DNA of 64,000 bases. Source: an uncultured bacterium. Its GTDB lineage: Bacteria > Babelota > Babeliae > Babelales > Vermiphilaceae. Location: assembly GCA_963702025.1 (NCBI GenBank), contig OY969699.1, positions 416,001-480,000 on the forward strand, in the 5' to 3' direction. The notes under the pieces are model-generated. The model was not told where the DNA came from, searched no databases, and was given only the letters and a program-made list of their open reading frames with translations. Shown here in pieces: positions 28,717-39,570 of this stretch (its first letter is position 1; each line of letters starts with the position of its first letter). Both the position numbers and the translations under genes were made by a program.

Positions 28717-28813
28717 GCGATCGAATTTTGCTTTTTAAGTATTTTTTTTCTTTGGTATTGTTATACTACCTAGCGATTAAAAAGTGAAAATTGTTTAGTA
28801 AATAAGGAAGAAA

Positions 28814-29257
28814 ATGAATAAAATAATCATTTCTAGTTCATTAGTGTTTGGTCTTTTGATCGCACAACCTTTAACCGCCCAAGGCAAAAGATGCCAAGAG
28901 CGGCCAAGCCACGAAAAATCTTCAACGGCAATGCATTATGTGGCACATTTAATCACTGAAGGATTAGTATATATCCCTATTGCGGCTGCCTTTTATGCGG
29001 GCCTTGCCGGCGGCTTTCTCTCGGTTGCCGTGGATCCATCCCCAGCGGCCGCAGGAATTGGTGGGCTAGCGGTCGCCAGTGGTTTAGTGGCCGGTGGTTA
29101 TATTTATTACAAAGTGCCGGAGTGGACCGATGCCTATATTTTAGAATATGATACACCGCGCACCACCGGGCAAAATCTTATCTCACTCATCAGCAGGCTC
29201 CTTTTGCACTGGCCGGCTGGTACCGTTGTTGGGGAATTTCTTGCACATGTTGATTAA
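28814..29257 (+). CDS. Hypothetical membrane protein
   Basis: Signal peptide plus Gly/Ala-rich hydrophobic hairpin. Confidence 0.65.
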   Translation: MNKIIISSSLVFGLLIAQPLTAQGKRCQERPSHEKSSTAMHYVAHLITEGLVYIPIAAAFYAGLAGGFLSVAVDPSPAAAGIGGLAVASGLVAGGYIYYKVPEWTDAYILEYDTPRTTGQNLISLISRLLLHWPAGTVVGEFLAHVD

Positions 29258-29280
29258 CTTATAAATAATAGAAAGACGCC

Positions 29281-29754
29281 ATGCGTAAAATATTTATTTT
29301 CTTACTGCTGCTTATAAGCAATAATATATTGCATTCAATGAAGCTCTCTGATATTCACAAAAAGAATTGTATAGGGCAAATTCCGTTACACGGAACTGCT
29401 TTGTGCGTTCCGTGGGTGGTTTCAGATCTTAAGACTTTTGACGAAAAAAGAGCGATTTTTGCCGCAACGTTCATTCACTGGGGCAGTAGTGTTTATGCGG
29501 CTGATGATCAGGGCAGAACGCCTTTTTTTTATGCTGAGCTTAATAAATCAGTTTTGCCAACCGTTTATAAAGTGATGCTGGCGGGTAAAATAAAAGAAGA
29601 TATGGAAAATAGTTTGCCTAAACCGGATCGTAATGGTGCATATAATTTGTTTGAAGTGCTTGCTGCTGCCAAAACAAGAGACCCTAGAGAATTTATTGAA
29701 TGGCAAAAAGCTTTAGAGATTATTAATGAGCATCGATTAAAGGATAATAAATGA
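29281..29754 (+). CDS. Secreted protein with a single ankyrin-like repeat
   Basis: LHS-MK; IPLH...DDQGRTPFFYA. Confidence 0.6.
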   Translation: MRKIFIFLLLLISNNILHSMKLSDIHKKNCIGQIPLHGTALCVPWVVSDLKTFDEKRAIFAATFIHWGSSVYAADDQGRTPFFYAELNKSVLPTVYKVMLAGKIKEDMENSLPKPDRNGAYNLFEVLAAAKTRDPREFIEWQKALEIINEHRLKDNK

Positions 29755-29893
29755 CCCTGCCGGTGAAAGCACTGTTACTAACTTGATGCAATAGCACCAG
29801 AATTGGAACTTCTGAAGGGCAAACCTAAATCATTACTTTAGGATAGAAAATATTTGCCTGCTACTGAGCAAAATCTTTTTTACAAAGATATTA

Positions 29894-31036
29894 CTATTCA
29901 TCTAAATACTTTTTACCCTTTAATTTTTCCGGAAGCAAAGATTCTTGAGTATATTTCTCATATCCCTTACCATACCCAAGCTCCTTCATGAGCGTGGTTG
30001 GTGCGTTTCTTATGGTTAGAGGAATTGGTAAATTGCCATATTGTTTTACATCGTCAACTGCTTCAAAATAGGCATAATATGATGCCTTACTTTTGGGCGC
30101 CTGCGCCAAATAACAGACTCCATGAGCAAGATTGATGGCGCATTCGGGGTAACCAATAATTTCTACCGCTCTAAATACCGCATTGGCGATGCTGAGTGCT
30201 TGTGGATCTTTAAGGCCAATATCTTCAGAAGCAAAAATTACCATTCGGCGCGCAATAAATTTGGGATCCTCGCCAGCTTCCACCATGCGTGCCAAATAAT
30301 AGAGTGCCGCGTCGGGTTGTGAGGCCCGCATTGATTTGATAAATGCTGAAATAGTATTATAGTGCTCCTCTGCCTTTTTATCGTAGCGTAAGTGGGTATT
30401 TTGCAGGGCATTTTGTAAATTTTCTACCGTGATTGTATGATAGAGTTTTTTGGTGGTTTCCAAGAGTGAGAGTGCCTGGCGCGCATCGCCATTTGCCATT
30501 CTAATCAGCCACTCTTTTGAAGATGAGTCAACCGCAAGTTGAGTGCGATCAATAATAAGGCCCATTTCTTCTTCATTCAATTCTTTGAGCGTAAATATTC
30601 GGCACCGCGAAAGAAGTGGGGAAATAACCTCAAAGCTCGGATTTTCTGTGGTGGCGCCAATCAAAATTAAAACTCCCGATTCTACGTAGGGAAGCAAAAA
30701 ATCCTGTTGTGCTTTGGTAAAACGATGAATTTCATCAAGAAATAGCACTGTTGGTTTTGCACTGATGCTTAGATTTTGGGTATTGGGGATAATTTTTCTA
30801 ATATCATCCTTGCTGGCACTTACTGCCGAAAGTTCGTGATAATCAGCATCGATGGCATGAACATAAATTCTTGCCAGTGTGGTTTTGCCAACGCCCGGCG
30901 GTCCCCAGAGAATAAAGCTAAACAGGTGTTTTTTCTCAAGTGCAATACGTAATGGCTTTCCCGGGCCTACCAAATGAATTTGGCCAACAAATTCATCAAT
31001 GGTTTTTGGTCTGAGTTCTGAGGCGAGTGGTTGCAT
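29894..31036 (-). CDS. rarA: Replication-associated recombination protein A (MgsA/RarA)
   Basis: [43 protein letters not shown]. Confidence 0.96.
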   Translation of the reverse strand: MQPLASELRPKTIDEFVGQIHLVGPGKPLRIALEKKHLFSFILWGPPGVGKTTLARIYVHAIDADYHELSAVSASKDDIRKIIPNTQNLSISAKPTVLFLDEIHRFTKAQQDFLLPYVESGVLILIGATTENPSFEVISPLLSRCRIFTLKELNEEEMGLIIDRTQLAVDSSSKEWLIRMANGDARQALSLLETTKKLYHTITVENLQNALQNTHLRYDKKAEEHYNTISAFIKSMRASQPDAALYYLARMVEAGEDPKFIARRMVIFASEDIGLKDPQALSIANAVFRAVEIIGYPECAINLAHGVCYLAQAPKSKASYYAYFEAVDDVKQYGNLPIPLTIRNAPTTLMKELGYGKGYEKYTQESLLPEKLKGKKYLDE

Positions 31037-31110
31037 AGAAGTGCCCTCCAAGATAGTAGTTTATATGTTTAGTATATCATAAAAACGTTATTTATGAGGG
31101 CTTTTTTAAC

Positions 31111-32379
31111 TTATACCAACAAAAAATAAATAAGCAGTAAATTTACTATTACGATTGTACCACCGGTCAGATAAGCAGTTACTTTAAGCACCAATGAATT
31201 GGCAAATCTCCCCATAATTCTCCTATCGCTCGTGAATTGAATGAGGGGGAACACGGCAAAAGGAAGCTGCAGGCTCAGCACGATCTGGCTCATAATCATC
31301 ATGGTAGCCAGGCAACATTCACCAAAATAAACTATTCCCAGCAATGCAGGAATAACGGTGATGCAGCGGCCGATTAGCCGGCGAGCCCAGGCAGGTAAGG
31401 AAATGGTGGTAAATCCCTCCAAAATAATCTGACCGGCAAGAGTGCCGGTGAGGGTTGAATTTTGCCCGGAAATTAAGAGGGCAAGGGCAAAAACAAAGCT
31501 GGCAACATGAGTACTTAAAAGAGGAGTTAATAAATAATAGGCATCTTGAATTTCAGAGACATTATGCAAACCTCGCTCAAAAAACACCGCAGCGGCAACA
31601 ACTAAAATTGCCGCATTCACAAAAAAGGCAAAGGTGAGTGAAACGCATGAATCAAGGCCGGAAAAAAAGATTGTTTCTTTTTTTATCGTATCCGGTGCAT
31701 CAGGATTTTTTTTAAGAAGCGCCGAATGCAGATACAGATTATGGGGCATCACGGTGGCTCCTAAAATCCCAATAGCAAGAAAGAGCATGTCTGGATTTAT
31801 AATAATTTGGGCGGATGGAATTAATCCCTTGAGCAACGAGCTCCAAGATGGGTTTGAAATAGAAGTAATAATACCAAAACAGACGATAATTGCGCCGATT
31901 AATATGGCAACCAAAATTTCAACCGCTTTGATATGATTATTGGCAAAAAGCAAGAGGAGCAGCACATCGGCGACCGTAATGCAAACTCCCCATGTCAAGG
32001 GAATGCCAAACAAAAGGTAGAGCCCGATCGCTGAACCAATCACTTCAGCCAGGTCGGTTGCAATTACCGCAAGTTCGGCTAAAATCCATAATCCAAGGGC
32101 AACTTTTGGATGATAATGATCGCGGCAAAATCGGGCAAGATCTTTGCCGGTTACAATACCCAGTTTTAATGCGCAAAATTGAAGCAGCATTGCCATAAAA
32201 TTTGAGATCAGGATCACGCTTAATAAGGTGTACCCATAGCGAGCGCCACCAGCAAGATCGGTTGCCCAGTTACCCGGATCCATATAGCCAACGGCAATAA
32301 GATAACCGGGACCAGTAGCGGCCAAGAATCGTTTAAAAAAAGGTTTTAGATGAAAAAAAAAGGGGATAATCATAAGCAA
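31111..32379 (-). CDS. mntH: Nramp family divalent metal transporter MntH
   Basis: GYMDPGNWAT, GATVMPHNLYLHS, TGTLAGQ, SQIVLSLQLPF. Confidence 0.96.
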   Translation of the reverse strand: MLMIIPFFFHLKPFFKRFLAATGPGYLIAVGYMDPGNWATDLAGGARYGYTLLSVILISNFMAMLLQFCALKLGIVTGKDLARFCRDHYHPKVALGLWILAELAVIATDLAEVIGSAIGLYLLFGIPLTWGVCITVADVLLLLLFANNHIKAVEILVAILIGAIIVCFGIITSISNPSWSSLLKGLIPSAQIIINPDMLFLAIGILGATVMPHNLYLHSALLKKNPDAPDTIKKETIFFSGLDSCVSLTFAFFVNAAILVVAAAVFFERGLHNVSEIQDAYYLLTPLLSTHVASFVFALALLISGQNSTLTGTLAGQIILEGFTTISLPAWARRLIGRCITVIPALLGIVYFGECCLATMMIMSQIVLSLQLPFAVFPLIQFTSDRRIMGRFANSLVLKVTAYLTGGTIVIVNLLLIYFLLV

Positions 32380-32442
32380 AGTATAGCCCTTTTAAGGCAT
32401 TAACTCTATTCTGAACATTGAAAAAAAAGTAAAGGGAATCTT

Positions 32443-33195
32443 ATGGAAAATAATTTTTTATTTTTAAGAAATTCGTTTTTATATGCGATTAATGCTTTTC
32501 TTTCGCATCCCGGTTTTTTTATTGTGGTGATGCTTGCTTTTGTTGGTACTATTCTGGCTGCTGCAATAGGTTTTTTTGCGGTCGCCCTTATTCCGGTTTG
32601 GCTACTCCAATCAACGTTTTTATCCGCTTTAATAGCAATTTTTTATGGCCTTTTTTTAATAGTGTTTATTGCAAAATTATATTTTGGCCTTTGGAAGCTC
32701 TTTCTTTCTTTTTATGACAATGGCAGTAAACCAGTTCCTCTTTCAACCATTTTTAGTGTAAACAATAAAAGGCAGCTTGGGCGTCTTTTTGGATTTTTAG
32801 TTCTTTCTTCTTTGTTTTTTGCCATGATGGATATTTTGTTCTCGAGCCTTTTTACCGGAAAAGATTTATCATTATTAGTTTTGATTATTGGTATTCCATG
32901 CACATATTACGCGGTTCGATTTATCTTTGGTATACTTTCTATTCTTGATAAGAATATATCGGTTATTAAAGGATTTAAACGAAGTTGCGCGCTCACCAAA
33001 GATAACTTTTTCGCGGTATTTTTGATTGTTGTTGCCTCATGGTTTATGCATCGGCTTGCTTCGCTGTTAAGTAAAAGTTTTGCCGGAACTAATAATCTGG
33101 TAATTGGTATAGTTTTTACGCTCATCGCGCTTATGATTATACCGATTACTCATCTGATGTTTGTATATGCTTATCGTGTGCTGGGGGAAAAATAA
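32443..33195 (+). CDS. Polytopic membrane protein
   Basis: About 6 TM segments; KRS..LTK.N motif. Confidence 0.7.
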   Translation: MENNFLFLRNSFLYAINAFLSHPGFFIVVMLAFVGTILAAAIGFFAVALIPVWLLQSTFLSALIAIFYGLFLIVFIAKLYFGLWKLFLSFYDNGSKPVPLSTIFSVNNKRQLGRLFGFLVLSSLFFAMMDILFSSLFTGKDLSLLVLIIGIPCTYYAVRFIFGILSILDKNISVIKGFKRSCALTKDNFFAVFLIVVASWFMHRLASLLSKSFAGTNNLVIGIVFTLIALMIIPITHLMFVYAYRVLGEK

Positions 33196-33735
33196 TTATT
33201 CCTTTATATTTTTTGCAAGCAGCGAAAGCATCACCAAAGACCAGCCGCTGAAAACAAGGTCAATCCCCACAAAAAGTCCGATAATATACAAGCTTGAATA
33301 GGGCCATTGATACAAAATAAGAATACCCAGTGCAAGGGTAACGATACCGCTGGTTAATACCCAAATCCAGTGCGTAAATTTTTTGGTTAAAGACATAACA
33401 ATACGCACAATGCCTTGAACTATAAACAAGAATGATAAAAATAGTGTTAGTGATGCAGCGCCAATGAGTGGGTTATACAAAATGAGACCACCGGCAACAA
33501 ATGAAAATAATCCTGTAAGTAATTGGAGTAAAAATCCACTCCAGTTGCGAGCCCAAAAAGCATAGCCGACTTGTATAAATCCGGCGAGTATCAAAAGCCA
33601 ACCCACCAGGAATACGGAAATAAAGGTTGTAGTAACCACTGAGTAGATTGCAAATATTCCTAGCGCAATAAGCCCAATGCCGAGCCCAAAAGAAAGACCG
33701 GCCGATTCTTTAATAGTACGAACTTCTGAATTCAT
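33196..33735 (-). CDS. HdeD family (DUF308) membrane protein
   Basis: Repeated G.L.I..GI motifs; WP.SSL..IGLFVGIDL.F.GW. Confidence 0.88.
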   Translation of the reverse strand: MNSEVRTIKESAGLSFGLGIGLIALGIFAIYSVVTTTFISVFLVGWLLILAGFIQVGYAFWARNWSGFLLQLLTGLFSFVAGGLILYNPLIGAASLTLFLSFLFIVQGIVRIVMSLTKKFTHWIWVLTSGIVTLALGILILYQWPYSSLYIIGLFVGIDLVFSGWSLVMLSLLAKNIKE

Positions 33736-33853
33736 GGTTTCTCCTTTTTATGAATATCCAGTACAAAATTCTAAAAAATTATAAAAGCCATTGTAAAGAA
33801 TTTTGATTCCTGAGTATAACCTTTGTGATGATAGTTATAAAAGAGGGATGTTT

Positions 33854-34513
33854 ATGAAAAAATTAGTAACGATTTTGTTCTTACTAGCCAACATTGCACC
33901 AGGAATGGAAAAACCGCTTGAGACGAGCAGTAAGAAAAATTCTCCTCGTAAAGAGAGTTCACCAGTTAACAATAGCCCATCAAATTCGCGTATTGGCAGA
34001 GAAAAAGGAGGAACGTTCAAACGCAAATCATTGGATATAAGCCATCTTAAAGAAGAACTTAATAAAATTGGTGGTCCGAGTTTAGAAGATAAACTTAAAA
34101 ATGCACAGCAATTAACACCACGCAGCAAAGAAAAAATATTTCAAGAAATTTTCTCTTTGCCAGACCACCCTGAATTTATACCTTATAAAGCCCGTGTTTG
34201 TGAGTTAAAATATAATGAAATGTTAGAGTTGGCAAAAGGCACATTAAGAAATATTAGTACATACCTTTCTATGAAGAATCTGAATTTTCAGCAAGAGGCA
34301 CGTGCGAGCATTTCAGTTTTTCCGAAGTATTATTATAATGCCAGACAAAACTTGATTAAGAAAATATCATACCAAAATTCCACCCTGACTGAATATGAAG
34401 GCGAGCTGGAAGCAGATAAGGATCTACTACCATTATTGTTCGAATATTTTACAAAATTTCATTGTCTTTTGGCGCCGATAAATAAGCAACCACCTTCGGG
34501 AAAAAGTACCTGA
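33854..34513 (+). CDS. Secreted hypothetical protein with Ser/Pro/basic disordered N-terminus
   Basis: APG-MEK; SPRK, SSP, SPS, KRKS, TPRSK motifs. Confidence 0.7.
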   Translation: MKKLVTILFLLANIAPGMEKPLETSSKKNSPRKESSPVNNSPSNSRIGREKGGTFKRKSLDISHLKEELNKIGGPSLEDKLKNAQQLTPRSKEKIFQEIFSLPDHPEFIPYKARVCELKYNEMLELAKGTLRNISTYLSMKNLNFQQEARASISVFPKYYYNARQNLIKKISYQNSTLTEYEGELEADKDLLPLLFEYFTKFHCLLAPINKQPPSGKST

Positions 34514-34601
34514 ACTAAAAATGCATTTTCCTTATTGACGCATATCATATGCCTGTGTTTAAATAGGATGATTTTCAGTATCAAATTATTAAAGAGAAAA
34601 T

Positions 34602-35258
34602 ATGAAAATAAAATTAGTACTGCTTCTCGTTTTATTGAGTGTTCTTAATTTACCAGCTATGGAAAAGAGTTCTGTGTCTAGAGTCCTTGATCCGGAAGGG
34701 TTCTATTTTGATGGTCTTGTAAATGGTCTGTCCGATCATCATAGAATAAGTAGGTTAACGCTTGCCCGCGAAGCACATTTAGAATTTCAAAAGAATTTTC
34801 CTTACTGTAAATGGGTATACGATTCATACGCCAAAGATGATGACTTCTCGGTAGTCGCAATAGCTAACCCAAAAAGTGAGGATAAGAACAGAGTATGGTT
34901 GCAAATGTTGCCTGTCACCGATGAGGGACAATGGCCTAAAATAAAAGTTGCTTGCCTTCGCTTAGATAATCTCTTTAAAGCGCAACCTGAAGCATATATA
35001 ATGCTTGCCTATACAATTGAAGAGAATGGTAAAAAATTATTTCAATCAAGAATTGCACCCGCACGAGATTCATATTTTGCCAATTCATCCGTTGTTTCTA
35101 GCCATGAATCGAATGAGCACAAGGATAAAAAAATAATGGCATTGTTAAAATTTTTTTTAGAAGAAAAAGAGCCTACAGTGGGACAGATTAAACTGGATAC
35201 CCAAATATTGCCCGTTATTCAAAATGAATTAGGTCCAAAAGTTACGTTAGATATGTGA
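34602..35258 (+). CDS. Secreted hypothetical protein
   Basis: MKIKLVLLLVLLSVLNLPA-MEK. Confidence 0.7.
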   Translation: MKIKLVLLLVLLSVLNLPAMEKSSVSRVLDPEGFYFDGLVNGLSDHHRISRLTLAREAHLEFQKNFPYCKWVYDSYAKDDDFSVVAIANPKSEDKNRVWLQMLPVTDEGQWPKIKVACLRLDNLFKAQPEAYIMLAYTIEENGKKLFQSRIAPARDSYFANSSVVSSHESNEHKDKKIMALLKFFLEEKEPTVGQIKLDTQILPVIQNELGPKVTLDM

Positions 35259-35317
35259 GGTGCAGGAAAATATCTTCCAGAACTTGATTTTAGAAGAATG
35301 TAACTTTTGATTAGGAC

Positions 35318-37162
35318 TTACCGTTTAAACTTCTTTTCAATTTCATAAAGTGGCAATGCCCATCCGGTTGGCCGGCCATGTGGGCACGTGAAACGATTTG
35401 GGGTGTCTTCCAGATCATTGAGTAATTTTTGCATTTGTCCGGTAGTGAGTACATCGCCGGCCTTTACCGCGGCTTTACATGCCATCTGCGCGTGCAATTT
35501 TTCATGTATCTTTTTAGCAAACTCCGCAGAATCCAATTTTTGAAAATCGGTAATCCAGCCAATCGCTTGGCGTATGAGCTCTTCCAGTTGAATCTCTTTT
35601 AAATGTACCGGAACTGCTTGTATTGCCAGTTGATTATGTCCAATCGGCTCTATGAGAATATTATTATCGGCGAACAAATATAAATGGGGTTCAATAATTG
35701 CCAATTCTTGCCCACTTAATTGAATAACTTGAGGGAAAAGTAGTTGGACCGATGTAGATTCTTTAAATCGGTGGGCAAATTCTTCATAAAGAATGCGCTC
35801 ATGCGCAGCGTGCTGATCAACCAGAAAAAGACTCTCTTCTCGTTCTATCAAGATATAGGTCTTATTAAATTGGCCAATGATAGTGTATTCGCTTGATGGA
35901 GATGTTTGAATGTATGTTTGTTCAACTGTATTCACATCTTTTGTGATTTGAGGATCCTCTTGCCCAGCATTAAAAAGTGTCTGACGCGGGCCATCGTTCA
36001 AAATAATTTGTTGCGGCGTGATCGGTGAATAATTGGTCACATTTAAATTTTCGATTGCCTTGAGTGCTTGAGTTTGCTCTGGACTAAAGTTGTTTTTTCT
36101 TTCGGGCCACGTTGCAAAATTAGAAGAACGTATCGAGGGGTTAAAACTTACTTTTTTATTCAATTGCGCAGAAAGATGTGTTTCAAGAGCTTCTTTTACC
36201 ATTGCCTGCACCGCCGTTTCAATAATTCGTGGTTGCAAAAATTGTATCTCTTCTTTGCGCGGATGAATATTAACATCAATTAATGCCGGATCAATGGTAA
36301 TGTTGATCGCGGCAAGAGGAAATTTATCCGGCTGCAATACATTGAGATATCCTTTTAGAAGAGCTTTGCCCAAAAGATGATTTTTTACCCATCGTTTATT
36401 AACAAAGAAAAAAATGGCTGATCGATCATAACGGCTATAGGTATGATTGCTAACTACTCCCTCAAGAGAAAATGTTTCACTTTTTTTTTCAACTGATATC
36501 AATTGGGATGCTATGTTGTGATCCCATAATTGCGCGATGCGCGATGCGGCATGCGTGGTTGCTGGACAATTAAAGAGCAGATTCTCTTGAGAATAGAGTT
36601 TGAAGCTCACCGCTGTGTAGTGCAAACCAAATGATTGAAAGAGAGTGACAATATGGCGCCATTCTGTTTCAGTGCTTTTTAAAAATTTTTTGCGCGCGGG
36701 AATATTAAAAAAAAGATCCTGGATAGTAATATCGGTGCCGGTATTGCCAGTCGCCGATTCTTGTTGAGTGATAATTGCCTGATCAAGGGTCACTTTGGTG
36801 GCATGAAGACTTTCAGCTTGTTTAGTGGTTAATATTACCTTGCTTACCGCACTAATGCTCGAGAGCGCTTCGCCGCGAAATCCAAAAGTGTCCAAAGTTG
36901 CCAGATCTTCAACGCGGCTTAATTTGCTCGTTGCATGGTGCGTAAAGCAGGTGATAGCATCTTCTTGATCCATGCCGCATCCGTTATCAATAACGCGGAT
37001 CAATGATTTGCCCGCGTCTTCAATAAAGATGGTAATGTGTGTGGCCCCCGCATCAAGCGCATTTTCAACAAGTTCTTTTACCACATTTGCCGGCCGTTCG
37101 ACAACTTCTCCCGCCGCGATTTTTTGTGCTTCTTGCGCTGATAGTTGTTTGATGCGTCCCAC
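35318..37162 (-). CDS. mutL: DNA mismatch repair endonuclease MutL
   Basis: IAAGEVVERP, GFRGEAL, DQHAAHER, ACK, CPHGRP. Confidence 0.97.
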   Translation of the reverse strand: MGRIKQLSAQEAQKIAAGEVVERPANVVKELVENALDAGATHITIFIEDAGKSLIRVIDNGCGMDQEDAITCFTHHATSKLSRVEDLATLDTFGFRGEALSSISAVSKVILTTKQAESLHATKVTLDQAIITQQESATGNTGTDITIQDLFFNIPARKKFLKSTETEWRHIVTLFQSFGLHYTAVSFKLYSQENLLFNCPATTHAASRIAQLWDHNIASQLISVEKKSETFSLEGVVSNHTYSRYDRSAIFFFVNKRWVKNHLLGKALLKGYLNVLQPDKFPLAAINITIDPALIDVNIHPRKEEIQFLQPRIIETAVQAMVKEALETHLSAQLNKKVSFNPSIRSSNFATWPERKNNFSPEQTQALKAIENLNVTNYSPITPQQIILNDGPRQTLFNAGQEDPQITKDVNTVEQTYIQTSPSSEYTIIGQFNKTYILIEREESLFLVDQHAAHERILYEEFAHRFKESTSVQLLFPQVIQLSGQELAIIEPHLYLFADNNILIEPIGHNQLAIQAVPVHLKEIQLEELIRQAIGWITDFQKLDSAEFAKKIHEKLHAQMACKAAVKAGDVLTTGQMQKLLNDLEDTPNRFTCPHGRPTGWALPLYEIEKKFKR

Positions 37163-37261
37163 GATGCTCTTTCTGAAGTTTAAGAAAATAGTTATTTCTC
37201 TAGTTTAAATTTTTCCTTAGCTTTCTCAATCAGTTTTTTAAATATGTGCCTATTCTTTTTT

Positions 37262-38332
37262 TTAACTATCTTTTTTTTCAATTAATTTTTTGATTTTTAC
37301 CGTAAACTCTTTTTGCTCTTTGCGTAACGAGCTTTGTGTCTCTTTCAGTTTTTTTGCTAAAAATTCTTGCCATTTTAATTCTTTTGGGGTTTCTGAGTTC
37401 TGGGAAGTTAGAATTTTTTGCGTGTCAGGATCAATGCGTAATGATTCTCTTTTTCTGCGTGATTCTTGTGTATGTATTGTTTCAAGCCGTTTATAAAGTT
37501 GATCGGAAAAAATGGTTTGAGTTAAAATGGGGAAATACGTGCTCTCAAAAAATATAATATCTTTTAGAGCATAGGTAATATAAGGATAAGCCTTATAGCA
37601 TTTGTTTTGATAGGTTGAAATAAAAATATCAAGCGCTTGCTTATAGGTATCATGTGCTTCAAAAAGGCGCTCTTTTTCAGATTCTGCCAATGGCGAATCT
37701 TGTATAGATGCGGCGCGGGCAGATAATGCCACGCCATTATGGAGATCCATGCAAGAATATTCATCCATTGAATTACGTCTGACGCGTTCTGGGCTCTCAT
37801 CATTATCTTTAATTTCTAAAAAAGATTTATCTACCAGAAGTAACATGGAATCATACAGCCTATTAAAGTGGGATAGCACTCGGGGCGGATTGCTTACGGT
37901 GTCCAGAGCCTGTAAATGTAAGCTTTCTTCGGGTGATAAATGATCTTTTTTAAGAAATTCAAAAATAATTCTATGCAGGGGATGAATTGGCGCATTGGGA
38001 TTTATTTTTTGAATTTGAAACTCATTTCCTAAAAGCAATACCTGCATCTTTTTAATATGAACCATAATTTCCGGATCTTCTTTATTTTTTTCATAGGCGC
38101 TTAAAAAACATTTGAGCGCTTTAACATAACGAAGCTGAACCATATTTTTGGCAAGCAATTGTTTGCTTGTGCTATAGAAAATGTCTAGTTCAATTGCCTC
38201 TTGTTCAAGCTGGGTGCATTCGGAGTATTTTTTTTCTCGGGTGAAAGTCCTTTTTGCCGGTGACGGCGGGGGCAATTCCATAGTTAATGCGGCAGAAAAA
38301 TAGATAATCCATAAAATGGCCATTTTTTTCAT
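37262..38332 (-). CDS. Secreted helical hypothetical protein
   Basis: ALT-MELPPPSPAKR; basic patches RRKR. Confidence 0.7.
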   Translation of the reverse strand: MKKMAILWIIYFSAALTMELPPPSPAKRTFTREKKYSECTQLEQEAIELDIFYSTSKQLLAKNMVQLRYVKALKCFLSAYEKNKEDPEIMVHIKKMQVLLLGNEFQIQKINPNAPIHPLHRIIFEFLKKDHLSPEESLHLQALDTVSNPPRVLSHFNRLYDSMLLLVDKSFLEIKDNDESPERVRRNSMDEYSCMDLHNGVALSARAASIQDSPLAESEKERLFEAHDTYKQALDIFISTYQNKCYKAYPYITYALKDIIFFESTYFPILTQTIFSDQLYKRLETIHTQESRRKRESLRIDPDTQKILTSQNSETPKELKWQEFLAKKLKETQSSLRKEQKEFTVKIKKLIEKKDS

Positions 38333-38368
38333 ATGACATCCCTCCCTACTACTTGAAAATATTTCCGT

Positions 38369-38881
38369 TTAGGAATAGCTCTGTTTCTTTAATATTGCCA
38401 CCATTCTATTTTTTTCAGCGCATTCAAGCGCCGTTATAGCAACGCCCTTACAGGGTTCATAGGCGCATAAACTTTGCGAAAAAGATACCAATTGCTTGCT
38501 GGTTGCTGCGCCAATTTTAATTTCAATGCCCTTTTTGTTATATGAAAGAGATTCAATGGTTGTGCCATTTTTAGCAAGTTTATTGAGCTGTTTTAAAAGA
38601 TCCGCGGGATTTGATTGATTGCCGAGCATATGGTTATAGAGATTTTGATGTGCCGTTTTTTGTTCACGGGCTTGATGCATTACCGTATCAAAATTTTTTA
38701 ATTCATTGCTCAGCATGCTTTGTTGATCGCGGAGCATTGTAAGATGCGTATAGTTAACCCATGATATGCCAGCAAAAATTGTGGCGATTAAACACAAGGT
38801 GAATGCCGTTAGTAATAACCACTGATTAACGCGCATTCTTTTTTTTTCGGTAGCATTTTTTACAAAATAAAACGGTTGCAT
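38369..38881 (-). CDS. PilN/GspL-like inner-membrane platform protein
   Basis: Single TM, coiled coil, ferredoxin-like C-terminus (IESLSY...IEIK); downstream of a PilM-like gene. Confidence 0.55.
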   Translation of the reverse strand: MQPFYFVKNATEKKRMRVNQWLLLTAFTLCLIATIFAGISWVNYTHLTMLRDQQSMLSNELKNFDTVMHQAREQKTAHQNLYNHMLGNQSNPADLLKQLNKLAKNGTTIESLSYNKKGIEIKIGAATSKQLVSFSQSLCAYEPCKGVAITALECAEKNRMVAILKKQSYS

Positions 38882-38886
38882 TTACG

Positions 38887-39570
38887 TTACTCTCTTTCTT
38901 GATAATAAAGGCCGGCAAAGGTTAACAGGGTCTTTTTTTCTTGAATAGTATCAATGGATATCGATTGCGGGATTGTCATCAACCGACCAATCGTTTGATC
39001 GCTGATTACCGTTTCGAGATGATATTCGCTACGAGTTAGGTCTACGCCTAATTGTGATTGCCTGAATGCGGCGCCATACATTTGCCGATAGGCCTGTATG
39101 AGGGCCATATAATCGCTGGAAATACCCATCAACTGAGCGCCCACTTTTTGGGCAATCATATAATAGTGAGCGATCGCATGCCGGGTAATGCCGGCAAGAT
39201 AAAAAAGATGTTGCCCGTTATCCATGCTTAATAAATAACGGTATTCCCAAATTAATTTTTTTAAATTAGATGATGCAACATCTGCAATGCGTGGACTCAT
39301 GGTGGTAAAGCTCTGCAATTGCTCATAAATGAGTGGTGATTTGAGACTGATAATCAAGGGTGTATTTTGTGCCGTGTTTTTTTTAATAAAGTTTTTTATA
39401 AATGGCGCAATGTTTAAAAATGAATAGGTTTCAAGTGAATGGCGTTCAAACGCTTTTAATTTTGGGGTCTTACTATGCTCAGGAGAAAAACAACCGATCG
39501 CCAAATCATGATTGGATAGAGAAAGAGTTATATATTCTTGATTACGTTTTGTTAATGGCCACATTGTCAA
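38887..39570 (-). CDS. Divergent PilM/GspL-cytoplasmic-like protein
   Basis: Actin-like secondary-structure pattern ending FAGL; adjacent to PilN-like gene. Confidence 0.4.
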   Translation of the reverse strand: MTMWPLTKRNQEYITLSLSNHDLAIGCFSPEHSKTPKLKAFERHSLETYSFLNIAPFIKNFIKKNTAQNTPLIISLKSPLIYEQLQSFTTMSPRIADVASSNLKKLIWEYRYLLSMDNGQHLFYLAGITRHAIAHYYMIAQKVGAQLMGISSDYMALIQAYRQMYGAAFRQSQLGVDLTRSEYHLETVISDQTIGRLMTIPQSISIDTIQEKKTLLTFAGLYYQERE

